The translations under genes were made by a program, and so were the position numbers. Positions 1 to 7,137 of a DNA stretch of 23,926 nucleotides are shown here, piece by piece (within the stretch, counting starts at the first letter, position 1; each line of letters starts with the position of its first letter). Source of the stretch: Candidatus Eiseniibacteriota bacterium (GTDB taxonomy: Bacteria; Eisenbacteria; RBG-16-71-46; JABDJR01; JAWXBZ01); assembly GCA_034440375.1 (NCBI GenBank), contig JAWXBZ010000025.1:1-23926 (forward strand), in the 5' to 3' direction. The notes beneath the pieces were generated by a model. That model made no database searches and was not told the origin of the DNA. It worked only from the letters and a program-made list of their open reading frames with translations.

Positions 1-1
1 C

Positions 2-1549
2 CTCGGCGGCCAGTGGCTCACCTGGCTGGGGATCCTGGCAATCTTCTTCGGCACGGCATTCTTCCTGGCCTATGACCTGCGTGGGAGCGCGCTGGCCGGC
101 ACCGGGCAGGTGCTGGTCGGACTCATGGTCGGCGCCCTGTTCATCGTGGGGGGGCGGACACTGGCGCCGCGGCTGGGGGCATTCCTGGCGCGGGGGCTGC
201 TCGGTGGCGGCGTTGGACTTCTGTATTTGAGCGCCTATGCCGCGCACGCATTTCATCAGCTCGTGCCGGCTCTCGTGGTCTTCCCATTTCTGCTTGGCGT
301 GGCGATTGTCGGCACGATGCTCGCGTTGGGTGAGAACTCGCTCATGGTGGCCGCACTGACGCAGACCGGCGCCCTGCTGACTCCCTATTTCCTGCCCGCG
401 GCACGCGGGCAGGATCCGACACCGCTGTTTGCGTACCTGGCGGCCGTGAATCTGGGCTCGGTGCTGGTCGCGCGGCAGAGACGGTGGCCAGTCCTGCCGT
501 TGACCGGCTTCTTTGGCACGGCGCTCCTCATCCTCTGGTGGTGGGCTCGCAGCTACACGGTGGATCTGCGCGTCATCACCGCGTTCGGTGTGGCGGTCAT
601 CTGGCTGCTCCAGGCCGTGGCGCCGCTGACGGCGGCGCAGGCAACCCGCTGGTGGGGTGTCGCCCGGGCGCTCGTCCTGGTCGCCAACGGCTTTCTATTC
701 GAACTGGCTCTGTACGATTTGCTCAGGCCCGGCTTTCATCCCCTCCGCGGGCTGGCCACGGCGCTGTTGTCGCTGCTCTACGTGGCGATGGCACGGGCCT
801 TCGCCAACAGATTGGCTGCGGGTGTGGATGACGCGGCGGTTCGCATGACGCGGCTGACGGGTCTCGGGCTGGCGGCACTGGCCATTCCGATCCAGTTTGA
901 TCTGACGGCAGTGACGCTTGGCTGGTCGATCCTGGCGCTGGTTCTGTTGTACGGCGGGTTCCGTTCGTCCGGACTCGGGGAGCGGCTCCTGGCCTATCTC
1001 GTCCTCCTGCTGGCCGTCGGTCATGCACTCTTGTGGGACAGCCTGACGGCACTGCAAGATTTGTCGACCTACCGCCCATGGCTGAACGGCAATTTTCTCG
1101 TGGGCATGGTGTCAGCGGGAGCGCTGGGGTTCGCGGCACATCTCATCTCCCGGCGGCGCGCGATGCTGACCCGCTTCGAGCGGCACCTGGTAACGCCGCT
1201 GGTCCTGGTGGCGGGCATCGTGCTGCTGGTGCGGATCACCGTCGAGACGATCGCCGGCTTCGAGATCCGCGCCAGCCTGACCCGCGGCGATCTCGACCTG
1301 GCCATGCTGCTGACACTGAGCCTCATCTGGGCGGTTTACGCCGGGCTGCTCATTCTCGGCGGGTTCGTCTTCCGCTATCGTCCCATTCGCTTCCTTGGAA
1401 TCGCCGTGCTGGCGCTCCTGATCGTCAAGGTATTCATCTTTGACTTGCAGGAGTTGGATCGCGGCTATCGCATCGCCTCGTTTGTCGGAGTGGGGCTTCT
1501 GCTGCTCATGATCTCGATCCTGTACCAGAGGGAGAGGAAAACGGCATGA
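2..1549 (+). CDS. DUF2339-family predicted polytopic membrane protein (5'-partial)
   Basis: The frame is open from base 2 (LGGQWLTWLGILAIFFGTAFFLAY...), in frame with the listed 110..1549 ORF, so the true start is outside the window. It has many hydrophobic helices and a C-terminus typical of DUF2339 (SLIWAVYA...LLIVKVFIFDL...YRIASFVGVGLLLLMISILYQR). Confidence 0.85.
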   Translation, partial: LGGQWLTWLGILAIFFGTAFFLAYDLRGSALAGTGQVLVGLMVGALFIVGGRTLAPRLGAFLARGLLGGGVGLLYLSAYAAHAFHQLVPALVVFPFLLGVAIVGTMLALGENSLMVAALTQTGALLTPYFLPAARGQDPTPLFAYLAAVNLGSVLVARQRRWPVLPLTGFFGTALLILWWWARSYTVDLRVITAFGVAVIWLLQAVAPLTAAQATRWWGVARALVLVANGFLFELALYDLLRPGFHPLRGLATALLSLLYVAMARAFANRLAAGVDDAAVRMTRLTGLGLAALAIPIQFDLTAVTLGWSILALVLLYGGFRSSGLGERLLAYLVLLLAVGHALLWDSLTALQDLSTYRPWLNGNFLVGMVSAGALGFAAHLISRRRAMLTRFERHLVTPLVLVAGIVLLVRITVETIAGFEIRASLTRGDLDLAMLLTLSLIWAVYAGLLILGGFVFRYRPIRFLGIAVLALLIVKVFIFDLQELDRGYRIASFVGVGLLLLMISILYQRERKTA

Positions 1550-2883
1550 AAAAACTCGTGGCGGCGGGCGCGATCCTGTTCGGCGCCTGGGCGATACCGG
1601 CCATGGCCGCCGTTTCGGCCGACATTCAACATCTCCCGTTCCGGCGATCGGTGAAGCTTCTCGCCGAAGGACGACCGACGCGGGCCATCGTCGAGGAGGA
1701 TTCGATCCTGGCGGCGGGGGCCGCCGCGGATTTCGCCGATGTCCGGTTGATGAACGAATCCGGCGAGGCACTGGCACTGGTTCGCGAGCCGCTCCGCCGC
1801 GTGGATGAGATATTCACCTACTGGCGATCGGTCTCGCTTCGATCTCGGGAGGGATCAACAGGCTGGCGGGAGGGATCAACAGGGGGGCGGGAGGGTTCGA
1901 ACAGCTCTCGCTGGATGGTAATCGACCTGGGCGAAAACGCCCCCCGCGAAGTCGTTCTGTCCTTCCAGGGGCCGGTGGCCAATCAATCGATCACGGTGGA
2001 AGGAAGCGCTGATTCAACCGAGTGGTCGACGCTGACGCAACGATACGATGTCAACATGCCGCCGCCGAAAGACCAACGGTTCAACAGCCAGCGAATCGCA
2101 CTGGCCGAGACGCGGCGCTGGCTCCGGATCCGGCAGGATTCCCCCTTCAACGCGCCATCGGTGGATGACCGGCTCGACCTGATGCAGCGTTTCGAGCGGT
2201 CGACGCCGCGGGTGTCGGTTGGTTATCAGGCCCACTCCGGCTACGAACGGTCCGACGGACAGCGCTGGGAGGCCATCCTGAGGCTGACCGGCCCGCCGCG
2301 CGCCGTCACCCGCATCGATCTGGTTGCGTCCGACGCGGTGCGCTCGCAGCTCGGCTTCGAGGTGATGGCCCGGCTGCCGAAGGGTGGGTGGCAATACGTC
2401 AACATCGAGAAATTTCCCGATTGGAGCGGCGGATCGCGCGATTCGGTGATGTTCCAGCCGGTCCGAACCAGCGAGCTGAAATTCGTTGTCACCGGCGGTG
2501 ATGCGCCGAACGCACCGATCGAACTTCATGCGTTGTGGGCGACGCCCGAACGCTGGATCTTCGAAACCGGCTCGGCCTCTTCCTGGTGGCTGGCCTGGGG
2601 CGACCCGTTCCTGGCGCCGGCGGAGGCCCACATCAATGAATCGGTGCCGGCCCGCCCGCCACCCCCCCCGGGCTTCAATTCACCGGGGGGCACGGGATCG
2701 GCGTCCTCGGGGGACGCAGCTCAAACTCGCCTCGGCCCGCCGGAACCCAATCCGTTCCACCGGGAGCCCGGCTTCGGCCTTGAGTGGCTTCGTCGGCGGC
2801 CGATCGTCCTGTCCGTCGCGATGATCGCGATCCTGGCGCTCGTGGCCCTGGTGGCGCGGCGGCCGTCCACCGCGCGCGGCTGA
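1546..2883 (+). CDS. Exported, C-terminally membrane-anchored protein, DUF3999-like, with discoidin/F5-8C-like beta-sandwich segments
   Basis: ATGA overlap with the upstream stop and a GGAGAGGA RBS. Sec signal MKKLVAAGAILFGAWAIPAMA; N-terminal 'DFADVRLMNESGE' motif; 'WMVIDLGE...VEGSADSTEW...RWLRIR' pattern; Pro-rich linker; C-terminal TM (IVLSVAMIAILALVALVA) followed by RR. DUF3999-type genes are commonly adjacent to DUF2339. Confidence 0.6.
   Translation: MKKLVAAGAILFGAWAIPAMAAVSADIQHLPFRRSVKLLAEGRPTRAIVEEDSILAAGAAADFADVRLMNESGEALALVREPLRRVDEIFTYWRSVSLRSREGSTGWREGSTGGREGSNSSRWMVIDLGENAPREVVLSFQGPVANQSITVEGSADSTEWSTLTQRYDVNMPPPKDQRFNSQRIALAETRRWLRIRQDSPFNAPSVDDRLDLMQRFERSTPRVSVGYQAHSGYERSDGQRWEAILRLTGPPRAVTRIDLVASDAVRSQLGFEVMARLPKGGWQYVNIEKFPDWSGGSRDSVMFQPVRTSELKFVVTGGDAPNAPIELHALWATPERWIFETGSASSWWLAWGDPFLAPAEAHINESVPARPPPPPGFNSPGGTGSASSGDAAQTRLGPPEPNPFHREPGFGLEWLRRRPIVLSVAMIAILALVALVARRPSTARG
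1846..1905 (+). repeat. In-frame 21-bp tandem repeat (about 3 copies) encoding REGSTGW/REGSTGG/REGSNS
   Basis: cgggagggatcaacaggctgg (1846-1866), cgggagggatcaacagggggg (1867-1887), and a degenerate third copy cgggagggttcgaacagc (from 1888). Confidence 0.9.
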
Positions 2884-2892
2884 CGGGACGCT

Positions 2893-2924
2893 CGGCTGAA
2901 GAGACGCGCGGCTGAAGAGACGCG
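2893..2924. repeat. Perfect 16-bp tandem duplication in a convergent intergenic gap
   Basis: cggctgaagagacgcg at 2893-2908 and 2909-2924. Confidence 0.9.
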
Positions 2925-2928
2925 AAAT

Positions 2929-3861
2929 TCAGAGGGAAACAGGCTCGGGGTCGTAACGTATGCTGCCGCAGCCTGTCGGGTCGTAACCGGGAATGCGGGC
3001 CAGCGACCGCTGAAAAGCGGCGGACTGCGTGAGATCGCAGAGGCGGACGATCAGCGGCCCACCGAGATGGTGTGCCCGCACCAGGAGGCCGTAGGACTCG
3101 GTGGCCGAGGCAACGAATCCAAGCCCCAGCCGCGACGCCCAGGCGCGTGTGGTGAAGCCGGCATCGGCGTCTCCCCGAACGATGGCTTCGACGACCAGCT
3201 GGTGCGAATCATGGCACGGAGCGCCGGCCAGGAACGACGCCGCGTCGAGCCCCGTGGCACTCAGCCACTCGAGCAGATGAATGTGGATGCCGGCGGTGGA
3301 AGGGCGCGCCGCAAATCGATTCGGTGACAGCTGCAGCAGTCGGGTCCGATCGAAACCATCACGATAGGCCAGTCCGATTTCGCGCTCCACCAGGTGGAGA
3401 CGCACCAGCCGCCCGGCTGACAGACGCGTCGGCGGCTCGGAACCGTGACAGCCGGCCGCGGCCACACGTCCCTGTTCCAGCCATTCGATTGCCGTGGCGC
3501 GATCGGCGCGCACGAATCCGACCATTTCCCGTGCGGAGGCGTTGAGCGCGGCGAGGAGGATTTCGATCACCAGGTCACCGTTGGCGGCCAGCAGTGGTGG
3601 TGGATCGGTTGGTGCGCCGGGTCGGGCCTCCCACGGTTCGAGGTTCCGCGGGAGTTGCAGGGCGGCGGGTTGGGCCGGGGGACCTGATGGCGTCGAGCGC
3701 CCGTCCATCCACGCAATGACATCGTCCGAAACGAATCGCCACCCACGGCCCAGCCGGCGAGCCGGCAGCCCCTGGCGCAGCAGGCGGTAGACCTGCTTCG
3801 GATGGACCTTCAGGAGCCCGGCTACCTCCACCGTTGTCAGGAGAGCGGATGACGTAGGCAC
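2929..3861 (-). CDS. Excisionase/MerR-like HTH (HTH_17) + periplasmic-binding-protein-like domain regulator, probably molybdate/tungstate responsive (TaoR/YvgK-like architecture)
   Basis: N-terminal 'LLTTVEVAGLLKVHPKQVYRLLRQGLPARRLGRGWRF' is an HTH_17 pattern. The C-terminal PBP-like domain has 'LVEREIGL...RPSTAG...SHQLVVEAIVRGDADAG...ESYGLLV...IPGYD'. It is divergent from modA. The GTG start at 3861 is my choice; the ORF track extends it to 3885. Confidence 0.85.
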   Translation of the reverse strand: MPTSSALLTTVEVAGLLKVHPKQVYRLLRQGLPARRLGRGWRFVSDDVIAWMDGRSTPSGPPAQPAALQLPRNLEPWEARPGAPTDPPPLLAANGDLVIEILLAALNASAREMVGFVRADRATAIEWLEQGRVAAAGCHGSEPPTRLSAGRLVRLHLVEREIGLAYRDGFDRTRLLQLSPNRFAARPSTAGIHIHLLEWLSATGLDAASFLAGAPCHDSHQLVVEAIVRGDADAGFTTRAWASRLGLGFVASATESYGLLVRAHHLGGPLIVRLCDLTQSAAFQRSLARIPGYDPTGCGSIRYDPEPVSL

Positions 3862-3915
3862 CCATGTAGGGTAACATAGGATCACTTTAAGTAACTTTAG
3901 GGAGGTTCAAGTAAC
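3861..3915. promoter_or_regulatory. AT-rich divergent promoter region with a 10-bp-periodic direct-repeat array (candidate operator) and the modA RBS
   Basis: Successive 10-mers: gtaacatagg (3871), atcactttaa (3881), gtaactttag (3891), ggaggttcaa (3901), gtaacatgaa (3911). GTAAC recurs every 20 bp, and GGAGG lies at 3901-3905. Confidence 0.6.
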
Positions 3916-4725
3916 ATGAAACCAGTGATCGCGCTCTTGTTGATCACGCTCATGGCCTTCGGATGTCAGCGGCCCGACAAGTCACCGGAGCGCCCTCTTC
4001 TGGTGATGGGCGCCGCGAGCCTGACGGAAGTTCTGCCGAAAGTGGGCGCGGCCTGGGCCGAACAGGGGCATCCCCTGCCAGGCTTCACCTTCGACGCCTC
4101 ATCGCGACTGGCCCGGCAGATCGAGGCTGGCGCACCGGCGGATCTCTTCGTGGCGGCGGATACCGCCTGGATGAACGATCTGGCCCGGAAGGGGTTGGTC
4201 GCAGAGCCGACGCGGGTCGATCTCCTTGGCAATCGACTGGTTGTGGTCGTCCCGGAAAGCAGCCGTCGATCGATCACCAACCTTGCCGACATTGCTCACC
4301 CCGCCTACCGACGACTTGCCCTCGCCGGAGAGGCCGTTCCAGCGGGTCGCTATGCGCGGTCGGCGCTTGAATCGGCGGGCGTGCTCAATACCGTCCGGGA
4401 CCGGATCATCAATGGCGATAACGTCCGTGTCGCGTTGGCCTGGGTGGCCGGCGGTGATGCCGACGCGGCCATCGTCTATGCCACCGATGCGCGCATCGAG
4501 CCCAGGATACGTGTCGCCCTGGAGATCCCAGCCGGATTGAGCCCCGAGATCATCTATCCCGCAGGCGTCATCGCTCGATCCACGGCCCGGAAGGAGGCGG
4601 AGGACTTTCTCCGGTTTTGTCGCGGCAACGAGGCCCGGACACTTTTCGAGGCCGCGGGCTTTCGTCATGCCGCATCCTTCCGCGATGCCGAGCACTTCCC
4701 CCACCGGGGAGCCACCGGGTCATGA
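3916..4725 (+). CDS. modA: Molybdate ABC transporter substrate-binding protein, predicted lipoprotein
   Basis: ModA motifs 'GAASL', 'ASSRLARQIEAGAPADLF', 'LLGNRLV', 'VPAGRYA', 'NVRVAL', 'AIVYATDA', 'IIYPAG'. Lipobox-like 'MAFG|C' and a GGAGG RBS. Confidence 0.93.
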   Translation: MKPVIALLLITLMAFGCQRPDKSPERPLLVMGAASLTEVLPKVGAAWAEQGHPLPGFTFDASSRLARQIEAGAPADLFVAADTAWMNDLARKGLVAEPTRVDLLGNRLVVVVPESSRRSITNLADIAHPAYRRLALAGEAVPAGRYARSALESAGVLNTVRDRIINGDNVRVALAWVAGGDADAAIVYATDARIEPRIRVALEIPAGLSPEIIYPAGVIARSTARKEAEDFLRFCRGNEARTLFEAAGFRHAASFRDAEHFPHRGATGS

Positions 4726-6437
4726 CGACGCTCGATCCCGGTCGCGCCATCCTGCTCTCCCTGCAGGTTGGCCTGGCCTGCATGCTGCTCGGCCTGCCGT
4801 TTGCCATTGCGTTCGGCTGGCTCCTGGCCCGACGACGCCTGCCGATGCGTTCGCTGATCAGCACCCTGTTGATGATCCCACTCGTGCTGCCGCCGGTCGT
4901 AACTGGCCTGCTCCTCTTGCGCGGTTTCGGGCGCGGATCATGGATGGGCCCGGCTCTGGAGAGCCTTGGTCTGTCGCTCACCTTCAACCTGGCGGCCGCC
5001 ATCCTGGCCGCGCTGGTTGTCGGTTTGCCGCTCTACATTCTCGTGGCCCGGGGTGCCTTCGAGGCCGTCGATCCCCGCTATGAAGAAGTTTCCCTGACGC
5101 TCGGCCATTCGCCCTTCCGAACCTTTCGCCGTGTCACGCTGCCGCTGGCGCTCCCCGGCCTCGCGGCCGGCGCCGTCCTCGTTTTCGCGCGTGCCCTGGG
5201 TGAGTTTGGGGCCACGGCTGTGGTGGCCGGAAACATCGAGGGGAAGACGCGGACCATCTCGCTGGCCGTGTACAGCCTCCTCGAGATGCCCGGCGGTGAC
5301 GCGATGGTAGGCCGCCTGGTCATGGCCAGTGTCGTTCTGTCGCTGGCCGGCCTCCTTGCCTACGAGTTCCTTCTCCGCTGGCAGCGCCGGCGGTTGGAAC
5401 TCCCGTTGCTCTTCCTCGTCCTGGGACTTTCGGTACTCCTGCCCGGCGCCAGCCTGGCCCGGCGGATCGATATCGTCGGCGTTGGGGAACTCGCCGGTGA
5501 AAATGCGCGCGTGCTCGACATGTTCGGACGCCTGAAATTGTCATCCATGGAGATCATCGCCGGCTACGCCAAGACGCCGTTGTTCATCAGCGGGCGCAAC
5601 GAGGGTGAGGATTTGACACCGATCCCCGAGCGTTCCCAGGTGGCCAATGCGCTCTGGCCCAATCGGGACCTGGGTGTCGAGCTGCGCTGGGCGCCGAAGG
5701 AATCACCAGTCGAGGGGACGCTCTGGTTCGGCAACGGCACGTCGAATTATCGGGCCAACGACAACTCGTTGCTGGCCGCCGCCGCGCGCGCCGACCTGCT
5801 CTATGGTCGCGCGAAGCCCGGCCGTGGGAAGGAGGCCATGGGCCTGCGCAGCGGCCTCTGTGCCTACCTGGCCAACGTGGCGCCACGGTCGGGTCTTTCC
5901 GGGCGCACGATTTCCGGATCGCCCTGGTATGCGGCGCCGCGCATCAACGGACAACGCCTGCTCCTCGAAACCCATCACGCGATTTACCTGAATTCGGTCT
6001 ACGTGCTGGCCGAGGCCGGCTGGGCGCGGGAGGAACGGGAGGCGATCCCGGCATCGGCGTTGGCGCCGGCGGTTCCGTCCGGCGAGTCGATCGACTCGTG
6101 GGGATACGGGATCACCGTCGCCTGGACGTTGCGCGGCGAACCACGCGGGCCGGCGCGCCCCCCGAAGGGGCCGGACACGCTCCTCCCGTGGAACTGGAGC
6201 GGCGGCGCGGTCGAACTGGCCGTGCGCTACGACGACCTGGCGCTCGGGCATGGCGCGGCTGATGTCGCCGGGGGAGGCGCACGGGGCGGCGCCATCGCGG
6301 CCACCTGGTGGCTGATCGACGAGTGGGCCCTCTCGCTGGCCGGCTACCATCTCGAATTCCGCGAACCTGTCGTCACAAGGTCAAACGATGAGGCATCGGA
6401 TGTCCTGCTGGCCCGAACGACGTATCGCTGGAAGTAG
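4722..6437 (+). CDS. modB: ModB permease (about 4722-5402) fused in frame to a signal-peptide-like segment and an OprO/OprP-like porin domain (about 5460-6437); 571 aa
   Basis: ATG at 4722 overlaps the modA stop (ATGA). ModB motifs: 'PLVLPPVVTG', 'VDPRYEEVSLTLG', 'FARALGEFGAT..VAGNIEGKTRTISLAVY'. No stop follows 'RWQRRRLEL'. The porin-like part has 'AGYAKTP', 'PERS...NRDLGV', 'GNG...NDN...AAAR', 'VELAVRYD' and ends 'LLARTTYRWK'. Confidence 0.85.
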   Translation: MTTLDPGRAILLSLQVGLACMLLGLPFAIAFGWLLARRRLPMRSLISTLLMIPLVLPPVVTGLLLLRGFGRGSWMGPALESLGLSLTFNLAAAILAALVVGLPLYILVARGAFEAVDPRYEEVSLTLGHSPFRTFRRVTLPLALPGLAAGAVLVFARALGEFGATAVVAGNIEGKTRTISLAVYSLLEMPGGDAMVGRLVMASVVLSLAGLLAYEFLLRWQRRRLELPLLFLVLGLSVLLPGASLARRIDIVGVGELAGENARVLDMFGRLKLSSMEIIAGYAKTPLFISGRNEGEDLTPIPERSQVANALWPNRDLGVELRWAPKESPVEGTLWFGNGTSNYRANDNSLLAAAARADLLYGRAKPGRGKEAMGLRSGLCAYLANVAPRSGLSGRTISGSPWYAAPRINGQRLLLETHHAIYLNSVYVLAEAGWAREEREAIPASALAPAVPSGESIDSWGYGITVAWTLRGEPRGPARPPKGPDTLLPWNWSGGAVELAVRYDDLALGHGAADVAGGGARGGAIAATWWLIDEWALSLAGYHLEFREPVVTRSNDEASDVLLARTTYRWK

Positions 6438-6439
6438 GT

Positions 6440-7108
6440 GTGCAAATCGTCGCGCCGGGTCGTTCGCCCGGCAACTCCGGTATCAATCTGTCGGTCCGCC
6501 TCCATCTCGGGCGCCTGCCGCTCGCCTTCGATCTGACTTCCACCGCCCGGCGCATCGCAATCGTCGGACCCTCCGGCTCGGGAAAGTCGACGCTGCTGCG
6601 GATCCTGGCCGGCCTCGAACGACGCGCCCGGGGGCGCCTGGCGTTCGATGGCGAGGACTGGCAGGACGACGAGCGGCGCCTCCATCGCCCGCCATGGCAA
6701 CGCCGGGTCGGCTGGGTGCCGCAGGATTCGATCCTGTTCCCTCACGCCGACGTGCGCGCCAATCTTGCCTGGACCAATCCAACCGCGGAACGGCTGCAGC
6801 ATGTGGCCGGCGTTCTCGAGATCGCGGCCCTGCTCGATCGCCGCCCCCGCAATCTCTCCGGAGGCGAGCGTCAACGGGTGGCGCTGGGACGGGCCATCCT
6901 GTCAGCGCCGAAGCTCCTGCTCCTGGACGAACCATTCGCCGCCGTCGATCGGCGACTGCGCGGTCGGCTGGCCGAGGAACTGCGCCAGCTCAGTCACGAA
7001 TCGGATCTTCCGTTCGTCCTCGTGTCGCACGACGACGGCGATGTCGCGTCACTGGCCGATGAGGTGTGGCGGATCGAGTCCGGGCGCCTGGATCGAGTGG
7101 ATTCCTGA
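6440..7108 (+). CDS. modC: Molybdate ABC transporter ATP-binding protein (short form, no C-terminal TOBE domain)
   Basis: Walker A GPSGSGKS, ModC-like 'PPWQRRVGWVPQDSILFPH', signature LSGGERQRV, Walker B LLLLDEP, H-loop VSHD; 222 aa. Confidence 0.9.
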   Translation: MQIVAPGRSPGNSGINLSVRLHLGRLPLAFDLTSTARRIAIVGPSGSGKSTLLRILAGLERRARGRLAFDGEDWQDDERRLHRPPWQRRVGWVPQDSILFPHADVRANLAWTNPTAERLQHVAGVLEIAALLDRRPRNLSGGERQRVALGRAILSAPKLLLLDEPFAAVDRRLRGRLAEELRQLSHESDLPFVLVSHDDGDVASLADEVWRIESGRLDRVDS

Positions 7109-7135
7109 GGGACGCCGGACGGCCAGGGACGCCGG
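7108..7135. repeat. 11-bp direct repeat in the modC / deaminase convergent gap
   Basis: agggacgccgg at 7108-7118 and 7125-7135. Confidence 0.7.
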
Positions 7136-7137
7136 CC

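Noticed and set aside
2893-2924. Tandem repeat as a CRISPR remnant
   Set aside because: Only two adjacent 16-bp copies, with no spacers and no cas genes.
2929-3861. Excisionase-like HTH as a sign of a prophage or integrative element
   Set aside because: The HTH is fused to a PBP-like domain and faces modA. No integrase, att-associated tRNA or phage genes are present in the window.
4617-4721. N-terminal extension of ModB in the ORF track
   Set aside because: It overlaps modA. ATG 4722 at the ATGA junction matches the normal ModB start.
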